Below are positions 18,464 through 25,524 of a DNA stretch of 32,338 bases, piece after piece; position 1 is the stretch's first letter; every line of letters begins with the position of its first letter. Position numbers and translations under genes: made by a program. The DNA is from Bacillota bacterium (GTDB taxonomy: Bacteria; Bacillota_I; Bacilli_A; RFN20; CAG-826), in contig DNPJ01000012.1 in assembly GCA_003501485.1 (NCBI GenBank), positions 5,624 to 37,961 of the forward strand, written 5' to 3'. A model generated the notes under the pieces. It was not told the origin of the DNA, did not search any database, and saw nothing but the letters and a program-made list of their open reading frames with translations.

Positions 18464-18803
18464 AGTGTCCGATCCTATAAGCCATGTTTTGTCTAGGATA
18501 ATAATTTATCTATGCTTTCACATGCCGATTGGAATTGAATTCTTCCGTTCGACCTCCCCTACCAAATTTGGGTTTCTCGCTTGTGGGGTTTACCATCGTT
18601 CCACCTTGACATTTCTATCAAGCTCGTCTCTGTGGCACCTTCAGGAACATCATCATGACATAGTTTTAGACTAGTTCCGCCGTTATGCACTCCTGCATAC
18701 CTAACGTTATTTTTTCCGTTAGCGCAATCACTACCATCATCTCAGATGGTGCGAGCATGGACTTTCCTCTAGCAACGCTAGCAATTATCCAGATCGGATA
18801 TAT
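18464..18803 (-). ncRNA. rnpB: RNase P RNA, bacterial type B
   Basis: The minus strand carries both universal P4 strands: GAGGAAAGUCCAUGCUCGCAC (comp. 18759-18769 core) and ACAAAACAUGGCUUAU (comp. 18477-18492). It also has Bacillus-like blocks GUGCCACAGAGACGA, GUGGAACGAUGGUAAACCCC and AGCGAGAAACCCAAAUUUGGUAGGGGA. P1 (UCCGAUC/GAUCGGA), P2 (GGAUAAU/AUUAUCC) and P3 (CUAGC-GUU-GCUAG) pairings can be drawn. Ends are approximate (+/- 5 nt). Confidence 0.92.
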
Positions 18804-19166
18804 TTATTTTATTTTATTTGGGTCAATACCTCTAGAATAAAGTGCTTTTTCTAAAGCATTAATACGCTGTAACAAATCAATATTTTCGCTTGTTACATTG
18901 GTTTTATCTTTGATCCCTTCAAGACGTTTTTGGTATTTAGCTATTTCAATATCTTTCTTTCTTGTCTCGTCTTTAAGTTTTTTTATATTTCCTTCAAGCT
19001 CGGCAATATAATCCTTGGCTTCCTTATAGAAGCTTTCATAAAATCGGTAGTCATCAACTACTTTATCAAGGCTTGAATCGACTTGAAATGCATCATAGCC
19101 TTTAACATTTTTGCTAAATTTTAGATTAAGCAAAGTATTGGAATCAAAATTAATTTTTCTAGCCAT
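18804..19166 (-). CDS. gpsB: GpsB-like DivIVA-domain cell-cycle protein
   Basis: N-terminal DivIVA motif (LLNLKFSKNVKGYDAFQVDSSLDKVVDDY) and C-terminal NIDLLQRINALEKALY, similar to B. subtilis GpsB NFDILKRLSNLEKHVF. The ORF-track start at 19178 is a TTG. I prefer the ATG at comp. 19164-19166 (MARKINF), which is preceded by GGAGAG. Confidence 0.8.
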   Translation of the reverse strand: MARKINFDSNTLLNLKFSKNVKGYDAFQVDSSLDKVVDDYRFYESFYKEAKDYIAELEGNIKKLKDETRKKDIEIAKYQKRLEGIKDKTNVTSENIDLLQRINALEKALYSRGIDPNKIK

Positions 19167-19245
19167 TATTCTCTCCAAGACGTTTTAATTATATTAAAAA
19201 TTCAAATTAAAACAAACACTTTTACTTAAAATATTTTTAAAGTAA

Positions 19246-19254
19246 TGATATAAT
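19246..19254 (+). promoter_or_regulatory. Extended -10 (TGaTATAAT) upstream of the exonuclease gene
   Basis: TGATATAAT ends 11 nt before the ATG at 19266, and no SD lies in between. This implies a very short or leaderless 5' end. Confidence 0.4.
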
Positions 19255-19265
19255 GCAAAATAATT

Positions 19266-19991
19266 ATGAAAGAATTAGAAAAACATATACAAAAACGTCG
19301 TTCATTATGCTTCCTTGATTTAGAAGGAACACAGTTTTCGCATGAGATGATCGCTATCGGAGCGGTTAAAGTTGATCTAGCAAAAGATATGACAATAAAA
19401 AAGTTTCACAAAGGTTTTTATACCCTTGTCAAAGCAAAAAATAAAATTGGCAAAGTTGTAACTGATTTAACCCATATTACAGAAGATATGACAAAAAAAG
19501 ACGGGGTTTCTTTTCGTGTTGCAATAAATGAATTAAAAAAATATCTCGGAATAAACTTTACAAAAACATTATTTGTGACATTCGGGTCACACGATTTACG
19601 AATATTGTCACAATCTTTAGCTTATAATCTCGACGCTAATACGGACGATGTTCATCTCATGATAAAGCATTCATTCGATTTAAGTGATTTCATTTCCTCA
19701 TTTGTTAAAGATGAAAACGGCAATACCTATTCCCTTGCAAACATGTTAAAGGTTTTTAATGTTGATTTTAAAGGAACGCAACACAATGCCTATGCCGATG
19801 CTTTAAATCTTGCCTACCTATATGATGCGATGCTTCACAATAAAGCTATTATGAAGGTTGAATACAAAAAAGTATTACAAAAAATGAGACATTTACCATC
19901 TCCAATTCATCAAGTAATTGAAAAATTAACTTCTGGAGAAAGTGTGTCTTCAGAAGATTTTGATAAATTTGTGAGCGATTCTTTAGAATGA
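19266..19991 (+). CDS. DEDDh 3'-5' exonuclease (DnaQ/KapD/ERI-1-like)
   Basis: 241 aa. ExoI LCFLDLEGTQFSHEMIAIGAV, ExoII VTFGSHDLRIL, ExoIII HNAYADALNLAYLY (H-x4-D). The stop overlaps the recU start (ATGA). Confidence 0.8.
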   Translation: MKELEKHIQKRRSLCFLDLEGTQFSHEMIAIGAVKVDLAKDMTIKKFHKGFYTLVKAKNKIGKVVTDLTHITEDMTKKDGVSFRVAINELKKYLGINFTKTLFVTFGSHDLRILSQSLAYNLDANTDDVHLMIKHSFDLSDFISSFVKDENGNTYSLANMLKVFNVDFKGTQHNAYADALNLAYLYDAMLHNKAIMKVEYKKVLQKMRHLPSPIHQVIEKLTSGESVSSEDFDKFVSDSLE

Positions 19992-20572
19992 TCAATTATC
20001 CAAATGGTAAAAAAATAGAAAATTGCAAAAAAGCAAAAGTGATAAAACACAAAAATATTTTTAATGCCGCTAATAGAGGTATGTCCCTTGAAAGCGATAT
20101 TAACGATTCTAATCAATATTATTTAGAAAAGAATTTATGTCTAATCACAAAAAGACCAACTCCAATTAATATTGTTAAAGTTGATTACAGCAAAGGGGCG
20201 AGAATTATTGACGCCTATTTTGAAAAGCAATCCACCACCGATTATAACGGTATATACAAATCACGCTACATTGATTTTGAAGCCAAACAAACTCAATCAA
20301 CTACATCTTTTCCTTTAAGCAATATACCAATTCAACAAATCAAACATCTTAAAAAAGTTATCGAATTTGGAGGAATTGCTTTTTTTATTATCCAATTTAC
20401 TAAATTAAATGAAACATATTTAATAGACGCAAATTTTATAATCGATTTTAAAGAAAAAAATGAACGTCATTCTATTCAATATTCATTTATAAAAGAAAAT
20501 GGAAAATTAATAAAAGTTGGATATCATCCTAGACTTGATTATCTATCAATTATTGATGAGCTATATTTTTGA
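19988..20572 (+). CDS. recU: Holliday junction resolvase RecU
   Basis: 194 aa. RGMSLESDINDSNQYYLEKNLCLITKRPTPINIVKVDY...DFEAK pattern of RecU. Confidence 0.9.
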   Translation: MINYPNGKKIENCKKAKVIKHKNIFNAANRGMSLESDINDSNQYYLEKNLCLITKRPTPINIVKVDYSKGARIIDAYFEKQSTTDYNGIYKSRYIDFEAKQTQSTTSFPLSNIPIQQIKHLKKVIEFGGIAFFIIQFTKLNETYLIDANFIIDFKEKNERHSIQYSFIKENGKLIKVGYHPRLDYLSIIDELYF

Positions 20573-21185
20573 AATATAAGCAATATTTTTTCATTTCACA
20601 ATCATCGCATAACGGCTTTTTTGCTTTACAGATATTTCTTCCAAAAGATATTAATTGATGATTTACCAAAATAGTTTTTTCTTGAGGTATTAGTTTCAAT
20701 AATTTACTTTCTATTTCTTTAACACTATTATTTTCTGAAGCGATATTTAGTCTTTTACTTATACGCTGCACATGTGTGTCAACTGCCAAAAAGGGAAGGT
20801 GATACATTTCTGCAAGAAAACAATTTTTGGTTTTATTACCAACGCCTGGAAGAGATAATAATTCTTCCTCATCGTTAGGTACTTTAGAATTGTATTTTTC
20901 TATTAAAATCCTTGCAATTTCCTTAATATTTTTGCTTTTAACATCGCTCATTCCAAGTCTATAAATGCATCCTTGAATTTCTTCTTTAGTTGCATTATTT
21001 AATTCGTTTAATGTTTGAAACCTTTTAAAAAGAACTTCTGTTACTTTGTTAACTGCTTTGTCAGTAGTTTGAGCAGAAAGCATAATAGCAATCAAAAGTT
21101 CATAATCATTTGAATAATTTAATTCGCAATGCGCATTCGGATAAAGTTTGTTTAGATAAGATAAAAATATATTTAAATTAATCAT
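20550..21185 (-). CDS. nth: Endonuclease III
   Basis: 211 aa. HhH-GPD LPGVGNKTKN and C-terminal 4Fe-4S ligands CKAKKPLCDDCEMKKYC. The 3' end overlaps convergent recU by 23 nt. Confidence 0.93.
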   Translation of the reverse strand: MINLNIFLSYLNKLYPNAHCELNYSNDYELLIAIMLSAQTTDKAVNKVTEVLFKRFQTLNELNNATKEEIQGCIYRLGMSDVKSKNIKEIARILIEKYNSKVPNDEEELLSLPGVGNKTKNCFLAEMYHLPFLAVDTHVQRISKRLNIASENNSVKEIESKLLKLIPQEKTILVNHQLISFGRNICKAKKPLCDDCEMKKYCLYFKNIAHQ

Positions 21186-21825
21186 TGATCCATTTTGTTT
21201 TGGCTATTTCCATAGCTTTTTCAATGTCATCATCCCAAACTTCTTTTACATTCGAGATGCCTTCTTTTTCAATATCATCTCTTGTTTTCCATTGAACGAG
21301 GAGCTTATCTACACTTTTAAGAGTTTTCTTGCCTTTTCTTAATGTTTCATGAAGTGCATTTATAATAGTTTCATCACTGAAACCATCATTGACCCATTCA
21401 TTAATTAAAGATAATTCTAATGGAGACAATGAACGTTTTAATTCTCTTTCAAAAACTTCATATATATTTGATATATATTGACTTTTCTCCTCACTTGAGG
21501 AAATTTCTTGTTCTTTGGCAAGCGACAATTGAAAAGCTTCATATAACTTCTTTTGAAGAGGTTTTAATGAAATCTTTGTTTTCTTTCCAATATCATAGAC
21601 AAGAAAATTCTTTTCAATCAAACCAACCATTATTTTATCGAGTTCTTTTGTTGATAAATTCATTTTCAAAGACAATAAATCTGGAGTCACTAAAGTATTT
21701 TTCTGACTTAAAAGATGATCAACCATAAAAATGACCGCTAATTCGTTTTCGCTAATTTTTAGCTTTTTATAATATTCTAGAAGTAAGTAGTGGAAGTCTA
21801 AAGCTTCCATTTGAACATTTGACAT
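21178..21825 (-). CDS. dnaD: DnaD-family replication initiation / primosome protein
   Basis: 215 aa. Winged-helix N-terminus and C-terminal DnaD/DnaB_2 domain (LSPLELSLINEWVNDGFSDETIINALHETLRKGKKTLKSVDKLLVQWK). The dnaD-nth order matches B. subtilis. Confidence 0.8.
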   Translation of the reverse strand: MSNVQMEALDFHYLLLEYYKKLKISENELAVIFMVDHLLSQKNTLVTPDLLSLKMNLSTKELDKIMVGLIEKNFLVYDIGKKTKISLKPLQKKLYEAFQLSLAKEQEISSSEEKSQYISNIYEVFERELKRSLSPLELSLINEWVNDGFSDETIINALHETLRKGKKTLKSVDKLLVQWKTRDDIEKEGISNVKEVWDDDIEKAMEIAKTKWIND

Positions 21826-21858
21826 AATGCTTATATGTTACAAGGTTTAATTAATAAA

Positions 21859-22464
21859 TTAAACTTTTTTCTTATTTTCTTCATTTATTTTCTGTGGGTT
21901 TAATTCTTTCAATAAGCCATAGTTTTCTTTTATTGCTTCTAATGAATTTGCTTCAATCATAAAATTTAATTTTTTTGCAAATCTTTCCGCTCTTAAAATT
22001 CTCAATGGATCTTCTTTAATTCTTTTTTCAGGATCGCCAATAAAACGAATAATTTTATTTTTTAAATCTGATAAACCACCACAAAAATCATAAATTTTAT
22101 AATTTTCATCTATATATAGAGCATTAATAGTAAAATCTCTTCTTATATAGTCTTTTTCTAAATCTTTTGTGAAGACAACTTTGTTAGGATGACGATAGTC
22201 TTTATACCCTTCTTCAATTCTTAATGTTGTTATATCAACATGGAATTTATCAATTTTTATTTTTACTGTTCCAAATCTTTCAAATGTGTAATTTCCATTC
22301 ACAAGAAATTTCTTCATTTCATTTGGAGTGGCGTCGCTAACAAAATCATAATCATCAAAATCGATCCCAAGAAGCATATCTCTAGATGTTCCACCAATCA
22401 TGTAAAGACGGAAACCGTTTTGATTAAATAAATGCGCTAAAGAATCAAATAATCTATTTTGCAT
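21859..22464 (-). CDS. Short class II nucleotidyltransferase (CCA-adding / poly(A) polymerase family, head+neck only)
   Basis: 201 aa. Motif A MIGGTSRDMLLG..DYDFV, motif B RRDFTINA, motif C region DFCGGLSDL, motif D EDPLRILRAERFA. The protein ends about 35 aa later, so no body or tail domains are present. Confidence 0.75.
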   Translation of the reverse strand: MQNRLFDSLAHLFNQNGFRLYMIGGTSRDMLLGIDFDDYDFVSDATPNEMKKFLVNGNYTFERFGTVKIKIDKFHVDITTLRIEEGYKDYRHPNKVVFTKDLEKDYIRRDFTINALYIDENYKIYDFCGGLSDLKNKIIRFIGDPEKRIKEDPLRILRAERFAKKLNFMIEANSLEAIKENYGLLKELNPQKINEENKKKV

Positions 22465-22470
22465 ATTTTT

Positions 22471-22498
22471 ATTATATAAAAAAAGAAGCCATTATCAA
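22471..22498 (-). promoter_or_regulatory. Near-consensus sigma-A promoter placing the TSS at or near the ATG of the short nucleotidyltransferase (leaderless candidate)
   Basis: Minus strand: TTGATA (22498-22493), 16-nt spacer, TATAAT (22476-22471), then only AAAAAT before the ATG (22464). There is no SD. The -35 lies in the loop of the hup terminator. Confidence 0.5.
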
Positions 22499-22508
22499 TC
22501 GGCTTCTT
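22478..22508 (-). terminator. Intrinsic terminator downstream of hup
   Basis: Minus strand AAGAAGCC-GATTGATAAT-GGCTTCTT followed by TTTTT. It starts 14 nt after the hup stop. Confidence 0.7.
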
Positions 22509-22521
22509 ATTTCTAATCTTA

Positions 22522-22794
22522 TTAGTTGAGTTTTGCTTTGAAGGTCTTTGAAGGTCTAAAAGCAATTGTTGAACTTGCAGGAATAACAATATGTGAACCA
22601 TCAGATGGATTTGTTCCTTTACGTTCTTTGCGATCTTTTTTCTCAAAGATACCAAAACCAGAAAGCTTAACTTCTTCACCATTAACGATTGATTTTTCAA
22701 TTAAGGCAAGAAATTCGTCGACGACATTTTCCACATCTGCACGGGAAACATCAACTTTTTCGCTAACAAGTTGCATTAATTCGGCTTTGTTCAT
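22522..22794 (-). CDS. hup: DNA-binding protein HU
   Basis: 90 aa, MNKAELMQLVSEK...LSGFGIFEKKDRKERKGTNP. SD AAAGGAG upstream. Confidence 0.96.
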   Translation of the reverse strand: MNKAELMQLVSEKVDVSRADVENVVDEFLALIEKSIVNGEEVKLSGFGIFEKKDRKERKGTNPSDGSHIVIPASSTIAFRPSKTFKAKLN

Positions 22795-22826
22795 ATATAT
22801 AGCTCCTTTTCTTTAAGTTTATTTTA

Positions 22827-24134
22827 TTATACACGTTCTCTAAGGACAATTTCAATCGGAGTTCCATCAAGATTAAACGAATCTCTCAATCTATTCTCGA
22901 TATATCTCATATAAGAGAAATGGGCGTATTTCGGCTTGTTGACAAATAAAACAAATGTTGGAGGGCAAGAATTTGCTTGATTTGCAAAATATATTTTCAA
23001 TCTACCATGATTAAATTCAGGAGCTTCATTCATCGTTTGTGCATCTTGAATAACATCGTTTAAAAGACTGGTAGGTACATGCGTATCATATGCTTCATGA
23101 ACCATTTTTATCATTTTATAAATATTATCAATCTTGGATTTGTTTAAAGCTGAAACAAATACAATTGGAGCATAATCGATAAAAACAAACTCTTTGCGAA
23201 TCTTCTTTTCAAATTCAGATTGAGTATTTTGTTCTTTTTTAATTAAATCCCATTTATTTACAACGATAACAATCGCTTTTTTCTTTTCGACAGCATATCC
23301 GACAACATGTTTGTCTTGTTCAATAATGCCTTCATTCGCATCTATAACAAACAAAACAATTTCACTTCTATCGATAGCCGCTAAAGCGCGCAAAGAAGAA
23401 TATTTATCTACTCCTTCATAAATTTTACCACGCTTTTTTAATCCTGCTGTATCGATGACAACATAATTTTGCCCATCTTTGGTAAAAGGTGTATCAACTG
23501 AATCTCTAGTTGTTCCAACTATATTTGAAACAATGACACGATCTTTATTTAGCAGAGCATTCACTAAGGATGACTTACCAACATTCGGACGCCCAATAAT
23601 CGAAAAAGTAATAGCGTCAGTATAATCATCATCTTTTTTATCAGGAAGATTTTTGATAATTTTATCCAAAATATCTCCGATGCCAATGCCGTGTTCTCCG
23701 CTTGTAGGAATAGGTTCTCCAAGACCTAATGAATAAAATTCCCCTAGGTTTGGTACCATTTCATAACTATCAATTTTGTTTACAGCTAAAATAACTGGTT
23801 TTTTTGTTTTATATAACATTTTTGCAATGAGTCTATCATCATTGCTTACACCTTTTTTTCCATCAGCAATAAATACAATTACATCTGCTTCATCAATTGC
23901 TAGTTGGGCTTGCATTCGAATTTGCTCTTGAAATGGTCTATCCGCAACTTCTATACCACCAGTATCAATAAGTCTAAATTCTTTGCCAAGCCAACTTGTT
24001 GTTTCATATAAACGATCTCTAGTTACACCAGGCTGATCATCAACAATTGAACGTCTTCTACCAATGATACGATTAAAAATAGTTGATTTACCAACGTTTG
24101 GACTACCAATAAGCGCTACTACACCTAATGCCAT
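22827..24134 (-). CDS. der: Ribosome-associated GTPase Der (EngA)
   Basis: Two tandem G domains (GSPNVGKST, GRPNVGKSS) plus a KH-like C-terminus. The ORF-track start at 24146 is a TTG inside cmk. I prefer the ATG at comp. 24132-24134 (MALGVVAL), 1 nt after the cmk stop. Confidence 0.95.
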   Translation of the reverse strand: MALGVVALIGSPNVGKSTIFNRIIGRRRSIVDDQPGVTRDRLYETTSWLGKEFRLIDTGGIEVADRPFQEQIRMQAQLAIDEADVIVFIADGKKGVSNDDRLIAKMLYKTKKPVILAVNKIDSYEMVPNLGEFYSLGLGEPIPTSGEHGIGIGDILDKIIKNLPDKKDDDYTDAITFSIIGRPNVGKSSLVNALLNKDRVIVSNIVGTTRDSVDTPFTKDGQNYVVIDTAGLKKRGKIYEGVDKYSSLRALAAIDRSEIVLFVIDANEGIIEQDKHVVGYAVEKKKAIVIVVNKWDLIKKEQNTQSEFEKKIRKEFVFIDYAPIVFVSALNKSKIDNIYKMIKMVHEAYDTHVPTSLLNDVIQDAQTMNEAPEFNHGRLKIYFANQANSCPPTFVLFVNKPKYAHFSYMRYIENRLRDSFNLDGTPIEIVLRERV

Positions 24135-24135
24135 T

Positions 24136-24804
24136 CTATTCACCAACTTTTTCTTTAATAATACTCAAAACAGCATTAACAGCTTCTTCGATATTCAATG
24201 AAGAAGTGTCGAGCAAAACAGAATCTTCTGCGGGTTTTAAAGGAGCAAAAGCACGTGATGAATCTATCCTATCACGCTTTTCAACATCAGCGACTATGTC
24301 TTCATATGTGCACGCGATACCTTTTTCCATGTTTTCTTTATAACGTCTGTCGGCTCTTTCTTTCACTGAAGCAACCATAAAAATCTTCACATCAGCATTT
24401 GGAAGAACATAAGTCCCAATATCTCTACCATCCATAACAACTGACTGAGACTTAGCCATTTCTCTTTGCTGTTCGACAAGGGCTAAACGAATATCTTTAT
24501 ATGAAGCAATGTAACTGACATTCCCACTTACTAATGGTTCGCGAATAACTCTAGTAACATCTTTTCCAGAGCATATTACTTTTCCATCTGGATATAAAGT
24601 AATCTTCACTTCTGGTATTAAAGCACAAGATGCTTTTTCATCTTTTGGATCAACACCTTTATCGATAACATAACTTGTAAAAGCACGATACATAGCGCCT
24701 GTATCAATATATGTAAATCCAAGTTTTTTAGCAACTGCTTTTGAAACAGTAGATTTTCCTGCTGCTGCAGGTCCGTCAATTGCAACAACGACACGTCTAT
24801 TCAT
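24136..24804 (-). CDS. cmk: Cytidylate kinase
   Basis: 222 aa, VAIDGPAAAGKSTVSK P-loop, Cmk pattern. Confidence 0.95.
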   Translation of the reverse strand: MNRRVVVAIDGPAAAGKSTVSKAVAKKLGFTYIDTGAMYRAFTSYVIDKGVDPKDEKASCALIPEVKITLYPDGKVICSGKDVTRVIREPLVSGNVSYIASYKDIRLALVEQQREMAKSQSVVMDGRDIGTYVLPNADVKIFMVASVKERADRRYKENMEKGIACTYEDIVADVEKRDRIDSSRAFAPLKPAEDSVLLDTSSLNIEEAVNAVLSIIKEKVGE

Positions 24805-25148
24805 AAAATACCTCCAAAATGTAATATAGTAACCACCAATAGTGCAATAGCCAAAAGCGAATTCACACTAATTGCGGTAATAATATAGGCTAATTTCTTT
24901 TTGTATTTAGAAGATAATGGTGAAACATATTCATCTATTTCACCTTTATCATAAATCTGATACGAATTCATCAGTTGATCATATGAAATCGTGTTCGAAT
25001 CATTTTGGCAATTTTCAATTTTATTTTGTTCATCAATGATTTCGTTAACTCGATTAGATGTGACAATTTTAGTCGTTAGATCAGATTCAGAAAAAGAGTT
25101 CTGTATTTCTTCACGATATTCTTTAAATTTTTCAACTCTCGTTTCCAT
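24801..25148 (-). CDS. Hypothetical acidic protein with a single C-terminal TM anchor
   Basis: The ORF-track start is 25163. The ATG at comp. 25146-25148 (METRVEKFKEY) follows AGGAGA by 4 nt. The charged N-terminal part is about 85 aa, followed by LAYIITAISVNSLLAIALLVVTILHF. It is translationally coupled to cmk (4-nt overlap). I recognise no family. Confidence 0.55.
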   Translation of the reverse strand: METRVEKFKEYREEIQNSFSESDLTTKIVTSNRVNEIIDEQNKIENCQNDSNTISYDQLMNSYQIYDKGEIDEYVSPLSSKYKKKLAYIITAISVNSLLAIALLVVTILHFGGIL

Positions 25149-25257
25149 GTTATCTCCTGACATTTATTTATTTTAATATAAATAGTTTGTTAAATTAAGC
25201 ATTATATTCTTTTTTTATAAAGGGCAAAAAAATATCAAAATAATTAACGCATAGTTA

Positions 25258-25286
25258 TTGAAGAACAAACAACATTTGTTTATAAT
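25258..25286 (+). promoter_or_regulatory. Sigma-A promoter of the ferredoxin gene
   Basis: TTGAAG (25258-25263), 17-nt spacer, TATAAT (25281-25286), then GGAGGAG SD. The spacer is itself the inverted repeat AACAAA-caaca-TTTGTT. Confidence 0.6.
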
Positions 25287-25310
25287 AAGAAACAATCGGA
25301 GGAGAATAAT

Positions 25311-25481
25311 ATGCCAAAAGTAAAAGTTAATCAAGATCTCTGCGGTTCATGCGGACTTTGCGTCGGAACTCGCCCAGACATCTTCGAATTTGATGACGAC
25401 GGTCGCGCAAAAGCAATTGTTGATGAATTCGATGGAGAACTCGGATTCGAATGCCCATTCGGTGCAATCGACGTTGAATAA
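25311..25481 (+). CDS. fer: Small single-cluster ferredoxin (Cx2Cx2C...CP)
   Basis: Missing from the ORF track (56 aa): MPKVKVNQDLCGSCGLCVGTRPDIFEFDDDGRAKAIVDEFDGELGFECPFGAIDVE. It has a strong SD, a consensus promoter and a downstream terminator. The listed minus ORF 25327..25542 is its antisense shadow. Confidence 0.85.
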   Translation: MPKVKVNQDLCGSCGLCVGTRPDIFEFDDDGRAKAIVDEFDGELGFECPFGAIDVE

Positions 25482-25503
25482 TAATTAAAATAAGATAAAA
25501 ATT

Positions 25504-25524
25504 CCAGCATTTGCTGGTTTTTTT
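25504..25524. terminator. Bidirectional intrinsic terminator shared by convergent fer and ribU
   Basis: CCAGCA-tt-TGCTGG followed by TTTTTTT on the + strand. On the minus strand the same stem is followed by AATTTTT. The ribU stop codon sits in the T-tract. Confidence 0.7.

Noticed and set aside
18465-18674. 69-aa + strand ORF
   Set aside because: It lies inside the RNase P RNA gene, whose conserved P4 and type-B blocks explain the sequence. There are no translation signals.
22437-22700. 87-aa minus-strand ORF overlapping hup and its terminator
   Set aside because: It is an alternative frame of the HU gene that runs through the terminator and into the next gene. HU in the other frame is unambiguous.
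25311-25481. Ferredoxin G+C excess as a sign of horizontal transfer
   Set aside because: The excess comes from C-ending synonymous codons, which csp and hup in this window also prefer. It is more consistent with high-expression codon bias. No flanking mobility genes or repeats are present.
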